64,000 nucleotides of DNA from a virus. Its lineage: Duplodnaviria > Caudoviricetes. A model generated the notes under the pieces. That model did no database searches. It was not told the origin of the DNA and saw only the letters and a list, made by a program, of their open reading frames with translations. The DNA is taken from IMG/VR virus record IMGVR_UViG_3300034065_000151, positions 64,001-128,000 of that record; one strand, 5' to 3'. Below are positions 19,102-27,491 of the stretch, one piece after another (positions within the stretch are counted from its first letter, which is position 1; every line of letters begins with the position of its first letter). A program made the translations under genes and the position numbers.

Positions 19102-19398
19102 TTAATAATTTAAAATACTATTGGTATTAAAGTACATATTATACAACTCAACTAATACATCACCATGACAAGCATCAGGTTTACACCAACAGCCTAATGT
19201 TAAACCTTTTAATTCTGGTAGAGAATTAAATAATTCAGGAGTATCTAAAATATATTGTCTATACTTTTCGATAACTTCTTTACGAGTTCCATGAACTCCT
19301 ATTATAAATGGATTTCCCCATTTACTTGGTCTCGTAATTATAAAATCGTAGTTGTCCCTTTTGCAGTGGACAACATTAATCTTCTTGTTTTTCTTCAT
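19102..19398 (-). CDS. DUF4326-like protein
   Basis: VVHCK...RPSKWGNPF...LGCWCKP.ACHGDVL. Confidence 0.85.
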   Translation of the reverse strand: MKKNKKINVVHCKRDNYDFIITRPSKWGNPFIIGVHGTRKEVIEKYRQYILDTPELFNSLPELKGLTLGCWCKPDACHGDVLVELYNMYFNTNSILNY

Positions 19399-19801
19399 GT
19401 TTTAAATGGGCACGGTCAATAGCTTCAGCCGCCGCTTGAGGTACATCATTTGGAATCTCTACATAAGCACCAAGTACATATGCACGACCACCTTCAGCCC
19501 ACTCGGGATTTACAATTTGTTTAGGTCCACCCAACCACGAGAATGCATGTGCATTCATGTTGTTATTTGTGGTGACAAACCAATTAATATCACCGAGGTC
19601 ATCACGACCTCGTTTGATAGTTTTTAGAATTTGATATGCTTCTTTTGAAACACCAAGATGTTTTCCCGTATTCATAATAACTTGACCAATACGAGTAGGA
19701 CCATCAAGTGAAGTTGCTACTTCATTTTCAATTGATTTTGTTGCTATTAGGTCTATAATTAAAGAACCTTTATAAGCAGTAATAGTTGCATGAATTGTCA
19801 T
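19376..19801 (-). CDS. Hypothetical protein
   Basis: ORF track; fits the operon. Confidence 0.6.
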   Translation of the reverse strand: MTIHATITAYKGSLIIDLIATKSIENEVATSLDGPTRIGQVIMNTGKHLGVSKEAYQILKTIKRGRDDLGDINWFVTTNNNMNAHAFSWLGGPKQIVNPEWAEGGRAYVLGAYVEIPNDVPQAAAEAIDRAHLKHEEKQED

Positions 19802-19804
19802 CTT

Positions 19805-20020
19805 TTAATCCTCAGTAAATTCAACAATAGTTTTCCAAGTAATAGGACCACAGCCTTCATATTGGCCCTCAAACTTAGTACCTTCTTTACATACATCAAA
19901 TCGCCATGCTTCATCTTCTTGACCTTCAGTAGCAATCTTACTACGGAAAGCATAAAGACCTGCTTTAGTTACTGTGAATTGACCAATTTCAGATTCACAA
20001 ATCATTGTTAGTTTTGACAT
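19805..20020 (-). CDS. Hypothetical protein
   Basis: ORF track; first gene after the promoter at 20056. Confidence 0.55.
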   Translation of the reverse strand: MSKLTMICESEIGQFTVTKAGLYAFRSKIATEGQEDEAWRFDVCKEGTKFEGQYEGCGPITWKTIVEFTED

Positions 20021-20055
20021 AATTATGTCCCAATAAATTAATATTTCGAACTTTA

Positions 20056-20064
20056 ATTATAACA
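20056..20064 (-). promoter_or_regulatory. Host-sigma70-type extended -10 promoter (TGTTATAAT)
   Basis: Perfect TGnTATAAT, intergenic, oriented with the downstream genes. Confidence 0.6.
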
Positions 20065-20072
20065 CAAAATTG

Positions 20073-20681
20073 TCATAAAATACCAGAATATCTTGGATTT
20101 TTATCACTATCAACATGTTCAATAAGATAACCATTATTTTGTTTGAACAACAATACTTCCCATTTAGAAACACTTGCTGTTCCTAGCTTACCAAGCTTCG
20201 GCCGTAATATAATAAACTTAACTTGTTCCGGTGGAATCATTAGGTTTTCAATATATACTGAATCTGACGCATGTGCAAAATCAATTTTATATAATTTCTT
20301 AGGACTACCATTAGGTATCTGTGTTATTTCAAAGGTACCACTCGGAAATTGTGCAGAGTGATGTGTACTTGGGTTTGGATGAATTAATGCTTTTCTACCT
20401 TTTGTATCAGTAACAAATTTAACTAAGCAATCAATGAAAGCCGTTCGTGCTCTATAACTTATATTTGGGTTTTCCTTACCAAGGGCTGTTTTAATTGTTT
20501 CTTTATCAGGTGGGATGAACATCATCCCTGCTTGTTTGGAAATCCATGGGCCAAGATAATTACTTGCCCGCTGATACATTTCATAGTATCCGGTAATTAT
20601 TTTAAGTAAGTCAGAAAAGTCTGAAGTGTTTCGAGAGATATCATGTTTTGCATTCCATCTATTTTTATTGTCTGTATCCAT
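20073..20681 (-). CDS. Hypothetical protein
   Basis: ORF track. Confidence 0.6.
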   Translation of the reverse strand: MDTDNKNRWNAKHDISRNTSDFSDLLKIITGYYEMYQRASNYLGPWISKQAGMMFIPPDKETIKTALGKENPNISYRARTAFIDCLVKFVTDTKGRKALIHPNPSTHHSAQFPSGTFEITQIPNGSPKKLYKIDFAHASDSVYIENLMIPPEQVKFIILRPKLGKLGTASVSKWEVLLFKQNNGYLIEHVDSDKNPRYSGIL

Positions 20682-20710
20682 TATATCATAAGGTTGGGGT
20701 TGGGGGATTA

Positions 20711-21361
20711 CTATTCATCATTTGAATAGTCATGAGGAGTGCACCAAAAGGTTGGGCACTTTAATAGGTCATCGAAATAATGTACCTGGAGAGTTTGTTC
20801 ACAACAACCATCTGATTCAAGATCATAAGTTGTAAGTTCAAATCGTGGAAGAGGAGTCTCTTGCTTTAGATCAGTATAAGCAGTATGACTTTTCTTAACA
20901 ATAACAAATACGGGAGTACGATTCCATTTGAAAATCAACATTGGAAATTTACTTGTTTTTAAAGCATCAACTTCAGATTCTTTAAACCATTTAAAAATGT
21001 TTGCAGTATTTGCAGCAAGAGAAGTAAAACTATCTGAGTCAGCATAACTCTTACATTCAATAGAATGTAAGAAAGTTAAACCGGCTTTTTTTTCATTGAT
21101 TGGTACAACGTCAGCGGTGAATATCTTCATAGCTTCAGCACCAAACATATCACCAAACTTTTCAAAGTTCTTACCACCAACTCGTGCACCAGAACCTGGA
21201 CTACGAATGAAATTCAATGGTGCTAATGCAGCTGATAGCTTTTTAGCAACTTGTCCTTCAAATGAGTTACCTTTGGCTTTACCGCCACCGGGTCTCATTT
21301 TACGTTTTTTAGGGGAAACTGAATCCATGTCAGCATCGCTAATGGTAGATTTTTTAGTCAT
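20711..21361 (-). CDS. Holliday-junction-resolvase-like PD-(D/E)XK nuclease
   Basis: KAKGNSFE..VAK.L, R.PGSGA, D.V, IECK. TATAAATA at 21397-21404. Confidence 0.8.
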   Translation of the reverse strand: MTKKSTISDADMDSVSPKKRKMRPGGGKAKGNSFEGQVAKKLSAALAPLNFIRSPGSGARVGGKNFEKFGDMFGAEAMKIFTADVVPINEKKAGLTFLHSIECKSYADSDSFTSLAANTANIFKWFKESEVDALKTSKFPMLIFKWNRTPVFVIVKKSHTAYTDLKQETPLPRFELTTYDLESDGCCEQTLQVHYFDDLLKCPTFWCTPHDYSNDE

Positions 21362-21404
21362 ATTTTATAGGGAGTAGTTAAAAAGGAATTACCTTTTATT
21401 TATA

Positions 21405-21749
21405 CTATTCCGGGTCCCATACTTTAAACCATGATGTTAAGGGCTTAGTATGATATAAAACAGTTCGTGAAAGGATGACCAATCTGAGTTGACATTTGCC
21501 CTTTTTGACCTCAAATGTCTTATGACAAACATATTTCTGTTTAACTTTAAATGGGAAATTGATGCAAATATACCAACCATTAAGGAATTCTGATTTATAC
21601 TTATCTAACTGGATATTGTCACCATACACAATAAATGCATCTTTACTGAAAGGTTTTCCTTCTAGTCTATCTTGTTCTAATATTAATTTCATGGGTTGGA
21701 TAAGGTATAGATACACAAGTTTCTGGCCTGTGTAAGTCGGGTTAAACAT
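21405..21749 (-). CDS. Hypothetical protein (likely start MKLILEQ at 21692)
   Basis: ORF track; ATGA overlap with the upstream gene. Confidence 0.5.
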   Translation of the reverse strand: MFNPTYTGQKLVYLYLIQPMKLILEQDRLEGKPFSKDAFIVYGDNIQLDKYKSEFLNGWYICINFPFKVKQKYVCHKTFEVKKGKCQLRLVILSRTVLYHTKPLTSWFKVWDPE

Positions 21750-21949
21750 TCAAATAATATGCCAGGAGTAACTAAATTGCCACTAGTCATATGACAAAGC
21801 TGTAAAATAGATGATTCAATTTCATTAATTGTTTTCTGATCAGGAATCACCGCTTTAAAATGAGTCTCAATAAAATATATTGGATCATGTATTAAACTAG
21901 CTTGTTGAGATAGGGTTAACTTTGGTGGTGGTATATTATTGTATGTCAT
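21689..21949 (-). CDS. Small protein resembling the N-terminus of T4-like large terminase
   Basis: LT.SQ.....DPIYFIETHFKAVIPD vs the recalled TerL pattern FT.EQ..E..KC..DPIYFIENY.KI..PD. Confidence 0.6.
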   Translation of the reverse strand: MTYNNIPPPKLTLSQQASLIHDPIYFIETHFKAVIPDQKTINEIESSILQLCHMTSGNLVTPGILFECLTRLTQARNLCIYTLSNP

Positions 21950-22347
21950 TCAGCATCATCTTCCGGGATAACATTAACACCAAGCAAATTGATATCAGTA
22001 ATTTCTTTTGTACCATTATCTCGCATGTGTACATTACCTGTAGAATAAGAGCGATAAGAAACTGGAACATGACCATTTATTAAGGTTTCTAATATATGTC
22101 CCTGATGTGTATCAGCAACTTTAATTGTACCAATCATGTTACCTCCTTCTAGTTTCAAATCAGAAACAGTAAAGGCTACATCTTTTTGATCTATAGTACA
22201 ACCAATTGAACAACCAATAATTCCAGGCAATGGCTGGTTCTTAGCCTTCCATTCATCAATCGCTTTTTGTAAAGCTTCTGATGAGTAACAATTGCCATTC
22301 CGTGTTGGTACATCAGCTTTTAATATATCAACCTTAAATTCTTCCAT
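21946..22347 (-). CDS. Degenerate prohead-protease paralog (catalytic motifs eroded)
   Basis: Aligns along its length with 9511-10125: NGNCYS/NKRKYP, PGIIGC/PGELNH, IDQKDVAF/VDLKNVSH, DTHQGHILETLI/NTPSGLIVQQLI, SYRSYSTGNV/GVSSRGTGNV. Confidence 0.75.
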   Translation of the reverse strand: MEEFKVDILKADVPTRNGNCYSSEALQKAIDEWKAKNQPLPGIIGCSIGCTIDQKDVAFTVSDLKLEGGNMIGTIKVADTHQGHILETLINGHVPVSYRSYSTGNVHMRDNGTKEITDINLLGVNVIPEDDAE

Positions 22348-22348
22348 C

Positions 22349-24319
22349 TCAGTCTCCTAAAATTCGGGAAAAGCCCGATTCCTTTCTAACTACGACCGTT
22401 TTATCAAATCGGCCGACAGCCTCAGGACGATGTGAAATAATCCACATACTCAAATTATCTTCCCGAGTCTTACCCTTCAACAACTTAAATATGTTATTAA
22501 CACCTAATGAATCCAAACCACCATCAATCTCATCAACAAACAAACAGTTCACATGAGAATGTAAATGATGCAATACATCCCTAAATGATAATGACAATGA
22601 AAGATTAACACGTTTCTTTTCACCACTGGAAAGGTTACCGAAATCCAATTCACGACCATACTGTACCACAGTACAGCTCATATCATCATCAAACTTAATA
22701 ACATGAGGTAAACCCAATTCTCTGGTGTAATAAAATAAACGCTTATTCAAGAATGGAATTGTACGGCTAATAATTGTACGACGGATAAATGAATTCTTAT
22801 CAGTTAACAGTTTCAATAGGAATTGCTGATGTTCTATCAGTTTCTTCAATCTATCAAGTTCTGTATAATCAACTATATTTATAGGACTTTTCAACAGTTC
22901 TTCATGGGCTTCAATATGAGGATTAACAAGAACTGGTTGGTTTTTAAGCTGTTCAAGCACCTCAATATATGGATTAACTGGAATAGGCTGATTTTTAAGT
23001 TGTTCAAATACCTCAGTATATGGATTACTTGAATCCTTTAACTCTTTTATTTTGTTTTCAGCAATAACAGCATTAGATTCAGCTTTAAGAACTTCTTCAA
23101 GACTGCCAAATTTCATTACTTCTAATGCTGATTTCTTATCATTCAATAATGTTGCTAGTTCTGCATTTCTAATATTAATTTCATGAATCCATGTATTAAC
23201 ACTTGTTTCTTTATCATGAATAGATTCTTTTAATCCACTTATTTTCTTAGCAGCACCTTCAAATTTCTGTAAACAGTATGGACACTTTTCATCTACTAAA
23301 TGCGATAATTCTTTAGTCAGTTTTTTAATATCTGTTTCTAAAATCAAATTATCTTTTTTTAATCCATTAATCTCATTAGTGAGTCTGGTTTCTTCTGTTT
23401 TAATTCCATTAACTAATACATGAAGTTCCTTTTCTACTTCACTATCAAATGTGGAAATTAAATCATAATCTTTTTGCAATTTAACAAGTTGGGATTGTTT
23501 TTCAGTATCCCATTTGGTGATACGATCTTCTGCTTCCTTAAGCTGTTTAACCGTTTGTTTTTCTGTATCAGTATCCCATTTTTCAATACGATCTTTTGCT
23601 TCTTGAAGCTGATTAGCATATTGATTTACTGTATCATTATCCCATTTAGTAACACGCTCCTCGGCATTTTTAACTTGCTTCTGGAATAAAGCTGATTGAG
23701 ATTCCTGCTCTTTGATAACAGCTTCTTGAATAGCCGCATTACTTTCAGTTGCTTTGATAATAGCTTTCAACTTGATTGCCTTCTCAGACAACAAAGTGAT
23801 ATTAAACAATTCTTCAATCTGTGCACGTTGTTGAGCAACTGGCATCAACAAGAATGGGGTTGAGTCACCGGAGAATACAATGATCTTAGTAAACAGTTCA
23901 TAACTGATACCAATAACTTCAAGGATTAACTTATTGGTTTCTGCAGCACTTGCACAAGTAATATCTTCACCATTCTTAGTGAATGTGATTTCAGTTGATT
24001 CACCACGACTGCGATATATCTCATATGTGTCAATACCCTTATCAAAGAATAAGCGTACTTCCAACATGGTTTTCTTCAGATTATTGGTTGCATTAATCAA
24101 TCGCTGAAGCGATATCTGGCTTAATGGTTTATCATAAACCGCATAGACCAATGTATTAAGAATGGTGGTTTTACCGGAACCATTAGCACCATCATTATCA
24201 AGATTCTCGCCTTGAAGATGGGTAGTACCAGGATCACTTAAATCGATGACTGTGGTTTGATTACCAAAGGATAATACATTGCGGATATGTAGTTCTTTAA
24301 AACGAATTGGAATACTCAT
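22349..24319 (-). CDS. gp46: Rad50/SbcC-like recombination ATPase (T4 gp46-like)
   Basis: Walker A NGSGKTT, CPYC zinc hook, LSSGEK signature, LFVDE Walker B, ISH. Confidence 0.95.
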   Translation of the reverse strand: MSIPIRFKELHIRNVLSFGNQTTVIDLSDPGTTHLQGENLDNDGANGSGKTTILNTLVYAVYDKPLSQISLQRLINATNNLKKTMLEVRLFFDKGIDTYEIYRSRGESTEITFTKNGEDITCASAAETNKLILEVIGISYELFTKIIVFSGDSTPFLLMPVAQQRAQIEELFNITLLSEKAIKLKAIIKATESNAAIQEAVIKEQESQSALFQKQVKNAEERVTKWDNDTVNQYANQLQEAKDRIEKWDTDTEKQTVKQLKEAEDRITKWDTEKQSQLVKLQKDYDLISTFDSEVEKELHVLVNGIKTEETRLTNEINGLKKDNLILETDIKKLTKELSHLVDEKCPYCLQKFEGAAKKISGLKESIHDKETSVNTWIHEINIRNAELATLLNDKKSALEVMKFGSLEEVLKAESNAVIAENKIKELKDSSNPYTEVFEQLKNQPIPVNPYIEVLEQLKNQPVLVNPHIEAHEELLKSPINIVDYTELDRLKKLIEHQQFLLKLLTDKNSFIRRTIISRTIPFLNKRLFYYTRELGLPHVIKFDDDMSCTVVQYGRELDFGNLSSGEKKRVNLSLSLSFRDVLHHLHSHVNCLFVDEIDGGLDSLGVNNIFKLLKGKTREDNLSMWIISHRPEAVGRFDKTVVVRKESGFSRILGD

Positions 24320-24810
24320 AGGAAATAGATTAACTTTGCATTAGTACGGCTGAAATTTATACAGGGAATGAGTGTTTCACGCATCTCATCAAAGGCTTGT
24401 GGACTGAATTGTTTTGAAATAATAAGGTGGTCAACTGTTTTACCACGACCACCATGGGGACGGCTTATTAGAAAAATACGATTACCATTTTCAAATTCAA
24501 TTACATCCTTAGTAAATCTTTTAATTGGGATTCGATATAATTCGGGAATGCTATAAAAAATATCCCTTAACTGATATAAGATATAATCTTTTAAATTGGC
24601 ATTAGAAGAAGGAGTGGCAATGATAACATTTTTATTACTTTGATATAAACAAACCCATAAAGTAAACAACAAAACATCATCAACATCAGCACCATCTATC
24701 AGCTTATCTTCAAAGGTATTACTAAGATCCCTTCCACCATACATAGTTGAAAAGACTTCAAACTTTGTATGACTTTGTAGTTCAATAATTTGTTGTAAAG
24801 TATAGGTCAT
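24316..24810 (-). CDS. Degenerate large-terminase ATPase-like domain
   Basis: LW..LY..NKNVIIA...L..I...IP....IEFENGNRI....GRGKTVDHLII...LIPCI follows TerL ATPase order; Walker A and the Walker B DE are absent. Confidence 0.7.
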   Translation of the reverse strand: MTYTLQQIIELQSHTKFEVFSTMYGGRDLSNTFEDKLIDGADVDDVLLFTLWVCLYQSNKNVIIATPSSNANLKDYILYQLRDIFYSIPELYRIPIKRFTKDVIEFENGNRIFLISRPHGGRGKTVDHLIISKQFSPQAFDEMRETLIPCINFSRTNAKLIYFL

Positions 24811-25178
24811 GTGAAATATATTGCCCTTCCATTTTTTGGATCCATTGTTAACAAAAGCAATGCCAACTGATTCTTGTATCGTTCTAACTCATCAATAATA
24901 CCCATTGAACAAGCAATCACATTATGCTTTACATTAGCAAATGAATGCATGGTATTGATACCAACAAAACTGAAATTGCATTTGTTGTATAACTCGATAT
25001 TAGCAATTGGATGTGGGTTGTATTGAAAGGGAATACTATTCATGGTTGTTAAGATACCAGATAGTTCAACCGCTTTATCATAAGCAACTATACCCTCTTT
25101 ATAGATGACAAGATACTTTTCATCTGGACTGTTTTGACCAATCCGAATCATTTTATCAAAGAGATAGATTTCTTTCAT
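24807..25178 (-). CDS. Hypothetical protein, probably a second, more divergent terminase-ATPase-like paralog
   Basis: PDEKYLVI...SIP...IELYNKCNF...HNVIAC...AIYFT parallels 24316-24810 (...LIYFL). Confidence 0.45.
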   Translation of the reverse strand: MKEIYLFDKMIRIGQNSPDEKYLVIYKEGIVAYDKAVELSGILTTMNSIPFQYNPHPIANIELYNKCNFSFVGINTMHSFANVKHNVIACSMGIIDELERYKNQLALLLLTMDPKNGRAIYFT

Positions 25179-26215
25179 AGTGTTTCATAGATTTCTACAA
25201 GAATATCAGGTTCGATAGTTACAGTACGAGTTACACCAGTTTTTAACATAGTAATGACTGCATCATTTAATAAACTTAAATCAAGATCATCAATGGTTTC
25301 ATCACCATTAATTGAGTTCTTTTTCTCTTCAGAATTTTCTTCCAGTGAGAACTCACGGAATGTACCAGCCTTCAGCATTTCATCCTTAAAGGACTGGGCA
25401 TCTGAATAGCTAATATCTGTGTCAATAATACATTGTACCCGACATTTAGGTGGGAATGTTAAGGTTGGATCATTCAACACATCTGAAAGTTTTACCTTAC
25501 GGAATGTTGGACAGCCTTCCCAATTAATAAAATCCACATCTTCTGTTCTGGTATCTAATATTGACATACCACGATTTTCATCCCAAGCATCACCGAAGTT
25601 AGTTGGAAAGGTATTACCAATATAGATTACATTATCATTAGCTTGACGTTTGTGATAGTGACCAGAGAAGATATAAGTTGGGCCTTTAAAGACTTTATGA
25701 TCTGGACCATGTTCCATCATTCTATCGGAACCGGTTACTACAAAGTTCTTGAATTCAAAGTGACCGAATACATATTTAGGCTTATGCTTTTTAATAATAG
25801 CTGCAGCATTACCATATTCTGCATCAAATAAGTATGGGAAGAATATACACTTTTCATTATCAATGTGGTCATTAAGTGGTTCGTCCACTAATCGAACATT
25901 TAAGAATTGAGTGTAATGATAAGTAGAGAATTGGTACCGGTCATTGCGATGATAAAGATCATGATTACCAACCAGAAAATAGATTGGTAAGCCGAGTTTA
26001 TTTAATTTATCTAAGGCATCATAGGAAGCATTTAATGTAGCTACATTAATTGCATTCCTATTTTCAAACCAGTCACCCATGAAAACAATAGTATCACATT
26101 TATTCTTCTTGACCTGAGACATAAACCAGTCTACATATTCCGTGCAGTCTTGGTTATGTTGATCACTATTATTACGACATCCCCAATGGATGTCGGTAAA
26201 CATTGCTATTTTCAT
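25175..26215 (-). CDS. gp47: Mre11/SbcD-like nuclease (T4 gp47-like)
   Basis: DIHWG, GDWF, GNHD, GHFE, SGHYH metallophosphoesterase motifs. Confidence 0.95.
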   Translation of the reverse strand: MKIAMFTDIHWGCRNNSDQHNQDCTEYVDWFMSQVKKNKCDTIVFMGDWFENRNAINVATLNASYDALDKLNKLGLPIYFLVGNHDLYHRNDRYQFSTYHYTQFLNVRLVDEPLNDHIDNEKCIFFPYLFDAEYGNAAAIIKKHKPKYVFGHFEFKNFVVTGSDRMMEHGPDHKVFKGPTYIFSGHYHKRQANDNVIYIGNTFPTNFGDAWDENRGMSILDTRTEDVDFINWEGCPTFRKVKLSDVLNDPTLTFPPKCRVQCIIDTDISYSDAQSFKDEMLKAGTFREFSLEENSEEKKNSINGDETIDDLDLSLLNDAVITMLKTGVTRTVTIEPDILVEIYETL

Positions 26216-26217
26216 TA

Positions 26218-26439
26218 TTAACCTTGAACTTTATTCATTGTCCATTTACCATCACGGAAATCACCACGAGGATCATATTGACCTTCGGTACCAAATCCAT
26301 CATTATTACCATGGATATCATTAATCATGAATTCTAAATCCTGTGCAAATTCTTTTGCAAAGTTATTATCTTCATTGGATAATTTAATAAGACGAGTCAA
26401 TACTAATTCAATATTTTTTTGAATTTTTGTTTGCTTCAT
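26218..26439 (-). CDS. Hypothetical protein
   Basis: ORF track; TAATG coupling with gp55. Confidence 0.6.
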   Translation of the reverse strand: MKQTKIQKNIELVLTRLIKLSNEDNNFAKEFAQDLEFMINDIHGNNDGFGTEGQYDPRGDFRDGKWTMNKVQG

Positions 26440-27380
26440 TACTTTTCCTTTTTGGCTTTTGGCATTTTCAAAATTTTAAGTTCTTTAACAACTTTAGGAG
26501 CTTTGACAGGTTTCTCTTTTTTAACTTTAGGAACCTTTAGCTTTACTACTTTTTCTTTCTTAACCTTAACAGGTTTCTCCACTGCAACTTCACCTTCGGG
26601 CTTTGGTTTACGCTGGAACATAATCCGTTTAGGAGGTGGAGCTTTAACTGGTAATGCGGCGACTTCATCAACCTTACCAACAGCACCTTCTCGGATTGAA
26701 ATAGCACCAGTTTCTGGGTCTATAATTATATCTTCTGCTTTGTATGTGGTAATAGAGCTTGGTGATTTCCCCCGATTCCGTACTCGATCTTCAAATGGAG
26801 TAACTGGACATTGTGTTGGTGCTTTAGGAACATCGACAAGAACACCATCAACTAAGACTTTCTGTTGAAGTAGTTCTTCATCTTCGGCTTCTAAAAGGAA
26901 CTGATTATATACTTCTACATGCTCATCTGATTCTTTAATTTCAAAATGAGATTCATCTTTTTCACCTTGTAAGAAATTGTATGATGGATTTGATCCAGCA
27001 TCAATTAATAACATATCTCTAATATTTCGGTGTTTTTTCTCATCAGCAATACATTGTAAGAACGTATTGTGAATAGCAGATGTGTAGTATGAGAAGGGAT
27101 TTGGTTTATCACTTCTATCAAGATCAAAGTTTAAAGCGTTTTTACATAGATTTTCAACTGCAGTCGAAACCATATCAGCTCTAAAGGTATAATTTACAAA
27201 GTTACCTTTACGTGAATAGCGCTCTGCAATCATCCATATCATGGCGATAAGTTCACTTGTCACTTCATTCAGTTCTTTGGCTTTGATAACTTCTGGTAAT
27301 AATACACCATTCGTTACGTAATGCCCAACTTCACTTGTGGATTTCTCTCTTTTTACTCGTTTTGCTTTAGTTTGAATCAA
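26439..27380 (-). CDS. gp55: Late-transcription sigma factor (T4 gp55-like) with Lys-rich C-terminal extension
   Basis: HYVTN, IA..YS.K.NF.NYTFR.DMV, NPFSYYT; adjacent to gp47/gp46 as in T4. Confidence 0.9.
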   Translation of the reverse strand: MIQTKAKRVKREKSTSEVGHYVTNGVLLPEVIKAKELNEVTSELIAMIWMIAERYSRKGNFVNYTFRADMVSTAVENLCKNALNFDLDRSDKPNPFSYYTSAIHNTFLQCIADEKKHRNIRDMLLIDAGSNPSYNFLQGEKDESHFEIKESDEHVEVYNQFLLEAEDEELLQQKVLVDGVLVDVPKAPTQCPVTPFEDRVRNRGKSPSSITTYKAEDIIIDPETGAISIREGAVGKVDEVAALPVKAPPPKRIMFQRKPKPEGEVAVEKPVKVKKEKVVKLKVPKVKKEKPVKAPKVVKELKILKMPKAKKEK

Positions 27381-27425
27381 AATCTGCTTCCCCTTTGTTT
27401 AATGCTACAATAAGGGATTAGTTGT

Positions 27426-27434
27426 ATTATAACA
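27426..27434 (-). promoter_or_regulatory. Extended -10 promoter (TGTTATAAT) for the gp55-gp47-gp46 operon
   Basis: Perfect TGnTATAAT in the divergent intergenic region. Confidence 0.65.
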
Positions 27435-27491
27435 CGATTTTCAAAAGAAGGGAAACTAATAAATAAAAGAACGATATATCCAGGATAAAAT

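Noticed and set aside
20691-20707. G-rich run aggttggggttggggga as a G-quadruplex
   Set aside because: Only three G-tracts, a single occurrence and no supporting context.
21689-25178. Terminase-like pieces as a split or intron-interrupted functional terminase gene
   Set aside because: The pieces are out of order, separated by gp46, lack Walker motifs and a nuclease domain, and no intron features were seen.
26419-26868. 149-aa + strand hydrophobic ORF
   Set aside because: Antisense shadow of the Lys-rich gp55 tail.
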